A stretch of 64,000 bases of DNA from the NCBI GenBank assembly GCA_963705105.1, contig CAVPIW010000006.1, positions 672,001 through 736,000 on the forward strand, given 5' to 3'. The notes under the pieces are model-generated. The model worked only from the letters and a program-made list of their open reading frames with translations, was not told the DNA's origin and did not search any database. A program made the translations under genes and the position numbers. Origin of the DNA: an uncultured Nitrospiraceae bacterium. GTDB lineage: Bacteria > Nitrospirota > Thermodesulfovibrionia > Thermodesulfovibrionales > Dissulfurispiraceae. Shown piece after piece: positions 19,053 through 28,666 of this stretch (positions are counted from its first letter, which is position 1; each line of letters begins with the position of its first letter).

Positions 19053-21752
19053 TTATTTCTGCATCTTCTTGATTATTTCGCCCAGCTTCTTGATTTCTTC
19101 TCCGTATAACGCCCAGTTCCCTTCCCTCTGGGCATTCATAGCGCGGTCATAATGCTCCCTGGCATTCGAAGCGAGATTCTTTTCATCCTTCACAGCAGGA
19201 AGCTGCAGGGACTTCAAAGGCGCCGCCTCTTCCGAGACCCTGACATCGCCGAATATCCTCGAAAGCGCGGCATCGAGCGTCTCCTCCATGGCGATGCGGT
19301 TTTCGTATGCGACGACGACCCTTTTCAGCTCCGGTATCTTGCCCTTATCCGCCCTGAGATAAAGCGGCTGAACATATATCAGAGAATTTTCGATCGGTAT
19401 AACCAGCAGGGTCCCCTGCATCACCTGTGAGCCGCGCTGGTCCCAGAGAGATACCTGCCTTGATATCTCGGTATCCTGATTGATTCTGGCGACTATCTGT
19501 TTCGGCCCGTACACGAGCCTGTCCTTCGGAAATCGGTATACCACGAGCTTCCCGTAGTTATCTCCGTCACTGCGTGCAACCATCCAGGCCGAGAGGTTGT
19601 CCTTTTTCTTCGGGTTGAAGGGAAGCATCAGGATAAACTCTTCCTTCTTCTCTTCAGGCAGTTTCATGATCGTGTAATACGGCTCCATCACCTCTTCTTT
19701 CGCGGCGGTCCCCATTGCGGGTATCTCCCACTGGTCTTCCTTGTTGTAGAAGATCTGCGGGACCTCCATGTGATAGGTCGAATACACCAGGGTCTGAAGA
19801 CCGAAGATATCCAGGGGATACCTGACATGTCTCTTCAGGTCAGCCGGCATTTCAGAAAAGGGCAGAAGCGTGCCGGGGAAAATCCTGCTTATCGTCCTGA
19901 TAATGGGGTCATCCTTGTCTGCCATGTAAAACTTCATGCTGCCGTCGTATGCGCTGATGGTCACTTTCACCGAGTTCCGTATGTAATTGATCCCGTTCCC
20001 TATGGGCTGCGAATAGGGGAATCGTCTGCTCATTGTATAGGCGTCGTACATCCAGAAAAGTCGGCCGTCATCAGACACGACCATGTACGGGTCGTGGTCA
20101 AACTGAAGAAACGGCATCACCTTGCTGACTCTCTGAAGGATATTTCTGTTGTACAGGACCCTGCTTTTATCGGTTATGTCATTGGAGAGGAGCAGCTTCA
20201 GCGAGCCGTAATAGACCGAGAAAGCGAGTTTCCTGAAGAATGAATCTATGACGACCCCGCTTTTGCCTGCATACTCCGCAAAGACATTCGCCTCTCCTGA
20301 CGGATAATCGAACTCCTTTGACTTTGTATTGACGATGACATATTTGCTGGACAGCTTGCCGTAGTAGATTTCGGGCCTGCTGACCTTTATGTTGGCCACA
20401 GCCGACACCGGGGGAATATCCTTAATAAGCAGCACCGGGAGTCCTTCGGGTGTCACCTGGTTCACCGGCCCGAGGGTCAGGCCGTATCCATGGGTAAAGG
20501 TCAGGGTCTCGTTTATCCAGTTTCGTGTCGGGATGCTTTCCGTCGACAGTTCTCTGGGGGAAAGCATCGTCTGGCGGTATTCCCCGTTGATCATATAACG
20601 GTCATTGCCGACCATGGTGAAGTCGTAATAGGTGCGTATCTCCTGAATCTGGCTGAAGGTATCAAGCAGCGGACGGTGGTCCCAGAGGCGGATATTCTTT
20701 ATGGTCGCACTGTTTTTCTTAATGTCATCCCGGTTAATCGTGGTGCTGCCCGAGGTGTCCCTTTCTTCGACCGAGTCAAGGCCGAAGCCCTTCCTTGTTG
20801 ACGCTATATTATGCTTGATATAGGGGGTTTCCTTTACGAGTTCATTCGGCGCGACGACCAGTTTCTGGAGAATGGCCGGGTACAGGGAGTTGCCGATAAG
20901 CGATGCTGCGAAATAGAGCGCTACGGTCCCGATCAGGATCAGATTGCGTCTCAGGACGATATTGCCTATGAAGAGGGCTGCGGAGGCCAGCGCGATGAAT
21001 ATCTGTGCTTTCATGAAGGGGATGACCGCATGAACGTCCGTGTAGATCGCACCTGCCACGTGACCATGCGACGAATACAGGATGGCATGCATCCCCGTAT
21101 ACGTCCTGAATGCCAGCACAAGAAAAATGAGAGACCCGATCACGGAGAGATGTGCTGAGGCGGAGCGCTCAGAGACGAAGCCTCTCGGGGTCAGCAACAC
21201 GGCGCCCTTCACCAGGTAGTTCAGGACTGATACAACAAGGGATGCCCCCAGAGTGAACATCAGGACCGAGGATATGATGTCGTATGCAGGGAGGGTAAAC
21301 AGATAGAACGAGACGTCTTTGCCGAATATCGGATCAGTATAACCGGCATCAACCTTATTGAAATAAGAGAGGACTTCCAGCCAGCTGTTATTGAGCAATA
21401 ATCCCGTAAAAAATCCGATTGCTGCCGGCGCAATGATCTTCAGGCGGTCAACATGTCTCAGGATATAAAGCTGAGGCATTGCCTGATTGTCAAAGGTCAG
21501 GGCGACAGACCTGCCCTTTGTCGCCTGCATGGAGATCCAGATGTTTATAAAGGAGATGATAAAGCCCGCAAGCCCGCCGGCCAATGCCAGGATTGCCTGG
21601 GCACGTAACCGGACAGTAAACATATCCTCGAAGTTGACATCTTTAAACCACAGCCAGTCAACATACAGAGAAATGAACTGCGGCAGAAGAAACAGGGCAA
21701 GAATGAATGCGAATAAGACTGACAGTATCTTTTTCGGTAATCTTACGGGCAT
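19053..21752 (-). CDS. UPF0182 family membrane protein
   Basis: DWLWF, DPIFGKDVSFYLF, NIRLWD, YTHGYG-like FTHGYG, NYIRNSVK, YVQPLY motifs; 899 aa. Confidence 0.92.
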   Translation of the reverse strand: MPVRLPKKILSVLFAFILALFLLPQFISLYVDWLWFKDVNFEDMFTVRLRAQAILALAGGLAGFIISFINIWISMQATKGRSVALTFDNQAMPQLYILRHVDRLKIIAPAAIGFFTGLLLNNSWLEVLSYFNKVDAGYTDPIFGKDVSFYLFTLPAYDIISSVLMFTLGASLVVSVLNYLVKGAVLLTPRGFVSERSASAHLSVIGSLIFLVLAFRTYTGMHAILYSSHGHVAGAIYTDVHAVIPFMKAQIFIALASAALFIGNIVLRRNLILIGTVALYFAASLIGNSLYPAILQKLVVAPNELVKETPYIKHNIASTRKGFGLDSVEERDTSGSTTINRDDIKKNSATIKNIRLWDHRPLLDTFSQIQEIRTYYDFTMVGNDRYMINGEYRQTMLSPRELSTESIPTRNWINETLTFTHGYGLTLGPVNQVTPEGLPVLLIKDIPPVSAVANIKVSRPEIYYGKLSSKYVIVNTKSKEFDYPSGEANVFAEYAGKSGVVIDSFFRKLAFSVYYGSLKLLLSNDITDKSRVLYNRNILQRVSKVMPFLQFDHDPYMVVSDDGRLFWMYDAYTMSRRFPYSQPIGNGINYIRNSVKVTISAYDGSMKFYMADKDDPIIRTISRIFPGTLLPFSEMPADLKRHVRYPLDIFGLQTLVYSTYHMEVPQIFYNKEDQWEIPAMGTAAKEEVMEPYYTIMKLPEEKKEEFILMLPFNPKKKDNLSAWMVARSDGDNYGKLVVYRFPKDRLVYGPKQIVARINQDTEISRQVSLWDQRGSQVMQGTLLVIPIENSLIYVQPLYLRADKGKIPELKRVVVAYENRIAMEETLDAALSRIFGDVRVSEEAAPLKSLQLPAVKDEKNLASNAREHYDRAMNAQREGNWALYGEEIKKLGEIIKKMQK

Positions 21753-21814
21753 ATGACCCCCTCACCGGCATTACGGTATCTCTAACACATCTTACCACCA
21801 TCGAGTCTTAAAAA

Positions 21815-22027
21815 ACCTTTCAGTTGCATGAAAAGGCGGGGCGAAGCGCCTCAAAGCCTTGCTGAAGGCGACGATGAGCCTCGTCGGGTTCGTCATTCAG
21901 GATTCCACTCTTCGTGTCATCGACCATTGGTGTATGGATTGTCTTTCGTTCTGATACAGGTGTCGCCGCAGCAAGGTTTTCGGCGCATACACCCCGCCTT
22001 TCCAGAGGGCGTATGCAACGATAAGGA
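21815..22027 (-). mobile_element. MITE-like element, copy 3 (reverse)
   Basis: ACCTTTCAGTTGCATGAAAAGGCGGGG...CCCCGCCTTTCCAGAGGGCGTATGCAACGATAAGG. Confidence 0.85.
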
Positions 22028-22174
22028 AAAGATATCGGATTGAGTCGTTGAACAATGCAACTCGGGAGTTTCGCGGTGATGAATGGCATGCCTTGCAGAA
22101 TTTGACACACCATCCGTTCACTGGTAACATGTTTCTATAAATCTCATACCTCCAGAAAGGAAAAGGAGACAAGC

Positions 22175-22381
22175 ATGCCGAAGAAAAAAAACGTTGCAGC
22201 CCCTTCTGAATCCCCGTGGATGACCGAATGTGATGTCATCAGGTATAACCTTAAAATACCGGAGGACCTGAAAGAACAGCTGAAGAAAGAGGCGTTGGAT
22301 AGGGAGATGGATATGAGCTCATACATGTGCGGGCTCCTCGCCGGCGACATTAAAAGAAAGAGATCACGGAAAAAAATCTGA
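22175..22381 (+). CDS. Small ribbon-helix-helix (Arc/CopG-like) DNA-binding protein
   Basis: YNLKIPEDLKEQLKKEALDREMDMSSYM pattern; RBS AAGGAG. Confidence 0.6.
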   Translation: MPKKKNVAAPSESPWMTECDVIRYNLKIPEDLKEQLKKEALDREMDMSSYMCGLLAGDIKRKRSRKKI

Positions 22382-22512
22382 AGACCCCCCGCTTTCATGG
22401 TCGCCACTCCCGCTCTTGCCTTCGGCGCATGCTTTTGGTAACATTCATCGTGAGGAACACCGGTCCCCAAACCGCGGGAATATGACCGGCACAATACCAT
22501 AAGGAGGCATAC

Positions 22513-22629
22513 ATGGGAGACAAGGGCGGCAAAAAGGACAAAGACAAGGGCCAGAAACAGAAGGCGACCAAACAGGCAAAAGACCTGAAAGAGAAGAAGG
22601 ACAAACAACCCAAAAGCACACTGAAATAG
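22513..22629 (+). CDS. 38-aa Lys-rich small protein (not in the ORF track)
   Basis: AAGGAGG RBS followed by MGDKGGKKDKDKGQKQKATKQAKDLKEKKDKQPKSTLK*. Confidence 0.6.
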   Translation: MGDKGGKKDKDKGQKQKATKQAKDLKEKKDKQPKSTLK

Positions 22630-22945
22630 GGAGCGGTCTCCGCCGCTCCCACAGGTTCTCGCAAAACATTGAGACTGCAGATACGGTGATTTTTCATATG
22701 AACCATCGTCAAAGGACTTCCGTCGGATTCACATGCTTCCTCGTCGGTGTGATTAACCCCGACGTTGATTATCGTGTAGTCCATGCCCGGGATTTCTTCC
22801 AGTCTCCAGTCGACATGCTTGTGTAAAACATCTTTGATTGTCGGGGTCCTGTGTCTGCAATCAATCTGGACAAATGGATTCGCCAGTTCAAGAATACAAA
22901 GAGGCTGGGTCTACCATGGGATTTGCCGCATTCGGAAGGGGAGCG

Positions 22946-24577
22946 TCAGCGTCGGCTGCGGTCGCGGCGCAAGGCACCAAGACAGACGATGATCGTGCCG
23001 AGAATGCCACTAATAACCATTGTTTCGCCGAGAATGTGATGCCAACCGCCCTGCGGAGCAATCACCAGCATCGCGCCGCCGATCACCAGCGCCGCGGCAC
23101 CGATGGCACCGGTGAGCCACTCGAGGTTGCGGCCGACTCGAGCGCCCAGGGCTTCAATACGCGGAGCCTGCAGTCGGCCCAGATTGCCCTCGGCGATACG
23201 TCGGAGGACGCGTCGCGTGTCGCTGGGCGCATCGCTCATCAAGCGCTCCAGGTCTCGTCCAAGCTTGGTTGTCTTTTCCTTTATCCGTGCCAGCGAGAAG
23301 TGCTGCGCGGTCAGGCGTGAGATCTCCTCGCGAAATGATTCCATGTAGCTATGGTGCGGGTCGAGTTGGCGTATCATCGATTCCAGGATGACGAAAGCGC
23401 GCGTCAGCAGGAAAAACTCGCCGGGATTGTGAACCCCGTGCCGGCTCCCGGCACGCAGCAGCGAATCGAGCGCGGACCCGACCGAAACATCCGCCGGGTC
23501 GCCCCTGTGGATTTCATAGAGCACTGCCTTGATGTCCACCAACAGCGCCGCACGGTTGACCCTTTCGCTCGCCAGTGCCATTTCGAGATAAGCCTCGGTG
23601 GCGGCCCGCGCATCGCCTTTGACGACCGCTTCGAGCAGGAGTGTCAGCGACTCGCGCATCGGCTCGTCAAGCTCGCCCGTCATCCCGAAATCGAGAAGGC
23701 TCAGCCGCCCGTCGGGCAGAACGAAAACATTGCCGGGATGCGGGTCGGCGTGAAACAACCCTTCTTCGAAGATCGTTTGCAGCATCAGCCTTACGAGGGT
23801 GTTGATCGACCGCGGAACCGCTTCCGGGTGCAGCCTGGCGTAGAGATCCAGCCGTTCGCCGGCCGAAAACTCCAGCGTGATCACGGTTGCGCTCGAATAC
23901 TCCGACACGACATCCGGAATCCAGAGGTCGGGGACATCTGCCAGCGCGGTGCGAAAGAGCACTATGGAACGGGCTTCGCGACTGAAATCGGTTTCCCGGT
24001 TCAGACTGTTGGCAAATTCAAGCACCACAACGGGGAGGTCGAGTGCGCGGAGACTCGGGAAGAGCCTTTCTCCCAGCGCTACCAGATACCTCAGTGCCGC
24101 GATATCCGTGGAGATCATTGCTTCAAGGCCGGGCCGCTGCACCTTCACGGCCACGTGACGCCCGTCCTGCATTGTCGCCTCATGCACCTGGGCGATGGTG
24201 GCGGCGGCGAGCGGGGTTTCGCTGAATGATGCGAACAATTCCGTCAACGGTGCGCCCAGTTCGGCTTCGACCGTCGCGCGCACCGCGTCAATGCCCAGCG
24301 CCGGCAACTGGTCATGCAGCAACTCCAACTCATCGATGTAGGCGTCCGGTAGCATGTCGCGCCGCATCGCGAGCACTTGTCCGAATTTGAGAAAGGTCAG
24401 CCCCAGTTCCTCGAAGGTTTCCCGTACCTCTTTCGGCGGCGGCCAATGTCTTTTGCCGCGCAGGGCGCCCAGGAACTTGTGTCGGGCGAGCACGCGCAGG
24501 ATTTGCATAAGTCGCGGCGCCGCTCTCAGCAGGCTGCTTTTCTCCGGGTCGATCCTTAAAGCCATGCGCTCCTCCAA
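22946..24577 (-). CDS. UbiB/AarF (ABC1) family atypical kinase
   Basis: FLKFGQ, VAVKVQRP, FHADPHPGN, LLDFGM; two C-terminal TM helices. Confidence 0.9.
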   Translation of the reverse strand: MEERMALRIDPEKSSLLRAAPRLMQILRVLARHKFLGALRGKRHWPPPKEVRETFEELGLTFLKFGQVLAMRRDMLPDAYIDELELLHDQLPALGIDAVRATVEAELGAPLTELFASFSETPLAAATIAQVHEATMQDGRHVAVKVQRPGLEAMISTDIAALRYLVALGERLFPSLRALDLPVVVLEFANSLNRETDFSREARSIVLFRTALADVPDLWIPDVVSEYSSATVITLEFSAGERLDLYARLHPEAVPRSINTLVRLMLQTIFEEGLFHADPHPGNVFVLPDGRLSLLDFGMTGELDEPMRESLTLLLEAVVKGDARAATEAYLEMALASERVNRAALLVDIKAVLYEIHRGDPADVSVGSALDSLLRAGSRHGVHNPGEFFLLTRAFVILESMIRQLDPHHSYMESFREEISRLTAQHFSLARIKEKTTKLGRDLERLMSDAPSDTRRVLRRIAEGNLGRLQAPRIEALGARVGRNLEWLTGAIGAAALVIGGAMLVIAPQGGWHHILGETMVISGILGTIIVCLGALRRDRSRR

Positions 24578-24889
24578 AAGTTAAGGGTAGAATAATTCCG
24601 GAAACATGTTATCCTTTTTGTGTCCCCGACTTTGCCCGGCTATTCCCCCTTTATTTATTGTAATATATTTTCTTGCAGTTACAAATCTGCACCGAGCAGG
24701 CTGCAGAAAGAGAACAAAATGGCACAGCCGGAAAATCCGCCTGCTCCATTTCGCAAGTCCCGGATGCTGTTGCGGCTACTTGTCATCCGGTCTTATCTTT
24801 GGTACATTTAATTTATGGTTCTCTCGCCACGGTCGTGATTGCCCTTCTCAGTGCAGAAGATGTGGCAATAATCTTTTTTGTTCGGTGCA

Positions 24890-24983
24890 CAGGTTATTGC
24901 AGAACATCACAAAAGCTGAAACCCTTTTAGGCTTCGACCCAAGGGTTTCGCTCTCGGAGGGAGCCCAATTAACCTTTGAATGA
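24890..24983 (+). pseudogene. C-terminal remnant of an NAD-dependent epimerase/dehydratase
   Basis: NITKAETLLGFDPRVSLSEGAQLT is the typical extended-SDR C-terminus; no N-terminal part. Confidence 0.45.
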
Positions 24984-25019
24984 TACAAAATGCTTATGAT
25001 ATGAGAACGAGGTGATTCA

Positions 25020-26201
25020 ATGGATATTTTTGAAAAGTGCGTACAAGCCACGGAGTATGAAACCGGATTGAAGCAAAGTGGCCACTATTTCTTTTTTCGG
25101 AGGCTCGAATCCCCGCAGGATCCTGAGGTGATGGTCAACGGGAAGAGGGTCATCATGATCGGCTCCAACAACTATCTTGGACTCACCAACCACCCCCGGG
25201 TGAAGGAAGCAGCGATCAAGGCCGTTGAAAAATATGGTAGTGGCTGTGCAGGTTCACGATTTCTAAACGGGAATCTTGAGATCCATGAAGAACTGGAAAA
25301 GAAGTTGGCCAAATTCTTGCGGAAAGAGGCTGCTCTGGTTTTCGCAACCGGCTACCAAACCAATTTGGGAGTGATCTCTGCTCTTGTGGGCCGCAACGAC
25401 GTCGCTATTATCGATATGCACGATCATGCAAGCATCATGGATGGCTGTCGCCTCTCCTTCGGCGAGGTCAAGAAATACCGGCATAACGACATGGCCGCAC
25501 TGGAAAGAGCTCTCGAAGGAACCAAGGGAAAAGACAGACTGATCATCGTCGATGGCGTCTTCAGCATGGAAGGCGATATTGCTGACCTCCCTGCCATTGT
25601 GAATCTGGCCAAGGCCTATGGGGCGAGGATCATGCTGGATGACGCCCACGGGGTCGGCGTTCTTGGAAATGGTGGACGGGGAACAGCGGAGCATTTTGAT
25701 CTGGAAAACGAAGTGGATCTTATCATGGGAACCCACAGCAAGTCCCTTGCGGCGATCGGCGGGTTTGTCGCTGGGCCATCAGATGTGATAAGTTGGATCA
25801 AACACCTTGCTCGCTCGATGATGTTCAGCGCCAGTCTCCCCCCGTCCCTGGTGGCATCGGTGAGTACCGCTTTGGACATCATTGAAGAACAGCCCGAATT
25901 AAGAGCCAGGCTTTGGAGAAATACGCACAAGATGCTGAAAGGATATAAAACGCTCGGATACGATACAGGAACGAGCGAAACCCCGATCATTCCCGTCTTT
26001 ATTAAAGACACCATGAAAACTTACGAGATGTGCAGGCTCCTCTTCGAAAACGGGGTCTTTGTCAATGCGGTCATAAGCCCTGCAGTCCCGCACGGGCAAG
26101 AACTCCTTAGGACAAGTTACATGGCGACTCATACGGAGGAACAGTTGGATAGGGTCTTGGCTGCCTTCGAAAAAGTGGGAAGACAGGTGGGAGTGATCTG
26201 A
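25020..26201 (+). CDS. Alpha-oxoamine synthase family PLP enzyme, probable serine palmitoyltransferase
   Basis: GSNNYLGL, GSRFLNG, DHASI, DDAHG, GTHSKS (PLP Lys); adjacent ACP. Confidence 0.8.
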   Translation: MDIFEKCVQATEYETGLKQSGHYFFFRRLESPQDPEVMVNGKRVIMIGSNNYLGLTNHPRVKEAAIKAVEKYGSGCAGSRFLNGNLEIHEELEKKLAKFLRKEAALVFATGYQTNLGVISALVGRNDVAIIDMHDHASIMDGCRLSFGEVKKYRHNDMAALERALEGTKGKDRLIIVDGVFSMEGDIADLPAIVNLAKAYGARIMLDDAHGVGVLGNGGRGTAEHFDLENEVDLIMGTHSKSLAAIGGFVAGPSDVISWIKHLARSMMFSASLPPSLVASVSTALDIIEEQPELRARLWRNTHKMLKGYKTLGYDTGTSETPIIPVFIKDTMKTYEMCRLLFENGVFVNAVISPAVPHGQELLRTSYMATHTEEQLDRVLAAFEKVGRQVGVI

Positions 26202-26238
26202 CTTGAGATTTTGAACATTTCTTCTTTAGTATTTTACA

Positions 26239-26538
26239 GTGAGTTTGATAGCGGAGGGAGGAGCGGTGTACACCACACTGGAAAGACTGCAGCAGCTTTT
26301 CATAGCCCGCTTTGATTACAAAATTGAAGAACTTACGGCCGCGACGACGCTCGAAAATTTAGGCCTCGATTCTCTCGATATCATCGAATTCATGTTTGAT
26401 ATCGAAAAGGAATTCAAAGTCAGAATTCCTGACCGGGAGTTTAAGGTAACAACGATACAGGACATGGTGGATGCTCTGGACAGGTTCCTCTCGGAAGAGG
26501 ACACGAAACACGATGCGGGGTCTTCGCGTCATGATTGA
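26239..26538 (+). CDS. Acyl carrier protein
   Basis: LGLDSLDIIE motif. Confidence 0.88.
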   Translation: MSLIAEGGAVYTTLERLQQLFIARFDYKIEELTAATTLENLGLDSLDIIEFMFDIEKEFKVRIPDREFKVTTIQDMVDALDRFLSEEDTKHDAGSSRHD

Positions 26539-26556
26539 GTTCAATACGAATTATTT

Positions 26557-27795
26557 ATGAAACGGAGAGTCGCCGTCACAGGACTGGGCATTATTTCCCC
26601 TTGTGGGAATACTATCGATGACTTTTCATTCAATCTCATGTCTGGCAAGTCCGGAGTCAGAAGAATCTCGTCACCCTATTCAAGCCTCCTTTCAGTAAAG
26701 ATTGCCGCTGAAGTCGATTTTAATCCCCTCGACTATTTCATTAAGAAACAAGTGTCCGGTATGGACCGTGTCAACCAATTCGCGTTAGCTGCCGTTTCTC
26801 AAGCCTGGAAAGATTCAGAGCTGTCTCTCGATGCGAAAGAGAAAGAGCGGGCGGGAGTATATATCGGTTGCAGTGTGGGAGGGGCGAATACCATAGAGGA
26901 TTTATACGATCAACTATTTAAACAGAACGCCGACCGGGTAAAACCGCTCACGGTGCTCATGGTGATGAATAGCGCTTCCGCCTCCCATATATCGATAGCG
27001 TATGGTCTATCAGGGCCCTGTTTGACACTATCCACTGCCTGTGCTTCCTCGGCAAACTCTATCGGGGAGGCTTTCCGGCAAGTCAGAGATGGATATGTTG
27101 ACGTGATGCTCGCAGGAGGGGTCGAGGCCTTTTTGAACTATGGAGGTTTCCGAGGCTGGGAATCTCTCAGGGTGCTCGCTGTCGAAGACCCTGAAGACCC
27201 GTCAAAATCCTGCAAGCCATTCTCTAAAGACCGTACCGGTTTAGTACTGGGTGAAGGTGCTGCCATGGTGGTGCTTGAGGAGATGGAAAGGGCCGTACGA
27301 CGGGGAGCACCGATTTACGCAGAGCTTATTGGCTATAGTTCGACATCCGATGCCGGTCATATTACCAGACCCTCTCTCGAAGGGCAGGCACGAGCGATGT
27401 CAGAAGCGCTCAAAGAGGCAGGTTTATTGCCCGAAGATATAGACTACATCAATGCCCATGGGACGGCAACTCATTGGAATGATCTCTTGGAGACACTGGC
27501 TATCAAGAAGGTATTCGGCGATTATGCCTGCAACGTTCCCGTCAGTTCTACAAAATCGATGCATGGCCACACCATGGGAGCAACCGGCGCCATTGAATTT
27601 ATTGCTTCGCTGCTTGCGATAAGAAATCAAGCCGTTCCCCCAACGATTAACCTGGACCAACCTGACCCGGAATGCGACCTCGACTATGTTCCGAATGTTG
27701 GCCGTAAAGGGGTGAAAGTAAATACCGTGATGTCAAATTCTTTCGCCTTCGGGGGAACCAATGCAGTGCTTATTGCCAGGAAGATGGGGGAATAG
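26557..27795 (+). CDS. fabF: Beta-ketoacyl-ACP synthase II
   Basis: TACASS, NAHGT, GHTMGA, SNSFAFGG. Confidence 0.88.
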   Translation: MKRRVAVTGLGIISPCGNTIDDFSFNLMSGKSGVRRISSPYSSLLSVKIAAEVDFNPLDYFIKKQVSGMDRVNQFALAAVSQAWKDSELSLDAKEKERAGVYIGCSVGGANTIEDLYDQLFKQNADRVKPLTVLMVMNSASASHISIAYGLSGPCLTLSTACASSANSIGEAFRQVRDGYVDVMLAGGVEAFLNYGGFRGWESLRVLAVEDPEDPSKSCKPFSKDRTGLVLGEGAAMVVLEEMERAVRRGAPIYAELIGYSSTSDAGHITRPSLEGQARAMSEALKEAGLLPEDIDYINAHGTATHWNDLLETLAIKKVFGDYACNVPVSSTKSMHGHTMGATGAIEFIASLLAIRNQAVPPTINLDQPDPECDLDYVPNVGRKGVKVNTVMSNSFAFGGTNAVLIARKMGE

Positions 27796-27824
27796 GCTTA
27801 CCGGGGCATGGAAGAGGAACGACA

Positions 27825-28643
27825 ATGAAGGCCCTGACCATACTGTTACTGTTGATGACGGCTCCCGGCATCGCCGGTTGCGTTAACCAGACCAGGCTTC
27901 ACAGTCCAATGCAACCCGATGGCTGGAGTGCCCAACCCTTATCGATTGCGTGCCGTTTTGCCCCTGATGCCAGCCTTGATCCCGCCACCGGAACGCCCGT
28001 GGGAGATGAGGGATATTATCTCTATATCCTGACCGACAGCGCCGGCAACAGGGACTTCAGCACTTCCCTGTCAGTTGCATTCACGTTTAAGAAGAATCCG
28101 GGAGGGCACAGCTGGATCATGCTGGAAAGTCCTCAGAATCGCGTGGAATACGGCCACAACGGCAACTTCGGGCTGGAGAAACTGCATTATCTGGAGGGCG
28201 TGTATCAGAGATTTCGGGATAATCATCCCAATCCCATTGCTTATTTGTGGGAGGCGATGGACGACGGCCGGTTAGAGATCGGCAGTCCTGATCATACCCC
28301 CACGTTTGCCTGGAGAATGCCGATCACCAAACAGCGGTATCAGGCGATTTATGATTACGTGATGCAGCGAAAGTATGACCAGTTCCGTTTGAGGGATAAC
28401 AACTGTGTCGATATGGTGACTGACGCAGCGGCGCTGGCGGGTATCAATTTGATCCACCGTCTTCGTCTCACCATCCCGCAGGAAACGGAGATACTGGGCA
28501 GCAAGTTGCGTCCCTGGACGGACCCAAAATACCGCATACTGGAGTTCAGTACCCCTGACGTGCTGCAGATGGACCTGCGCGGGCTTGCCCGGTTCGGAAT
28601 CGGGAATGATGTGACCGAATGGTATCTGGGTTTAAAGCGGTGA
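27825..28643 (+). CDS. Hypothetical lipoprotein, possibly papain-like (His and NCV motifs)
   Basis: Lipobox IAGC; GGHSWI and NNCVD motifs. Confidence 0.55.
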   Translation: MKALTILLLLMTAPGIAGCVNQTRLHSPMQPDGWSAQPLSIACRFAPDASLDPATGTPVGDEGYYLYILTDSAGNRDFSTSLSVAFTFKKNPGGHSWIMLESPQNRVEYGHNGNFGLEKLHYLEGVYQRFRDNHPNPIAYLWEAMDDGRLEIGSPDHTPTFAWRMPITKQRYQAIYDYVMQRKYDQFRLRDNNCVDMVTDAAALAGINLIHRLRLTIPQETEILGSKLRPWTDPKYRILEFSTPDVLQMDLRGLARFGIGNDVTEWYLGLKR

Positions 28644-28666
28644 CCAGGTGGGAGGGTCAGTCATTA

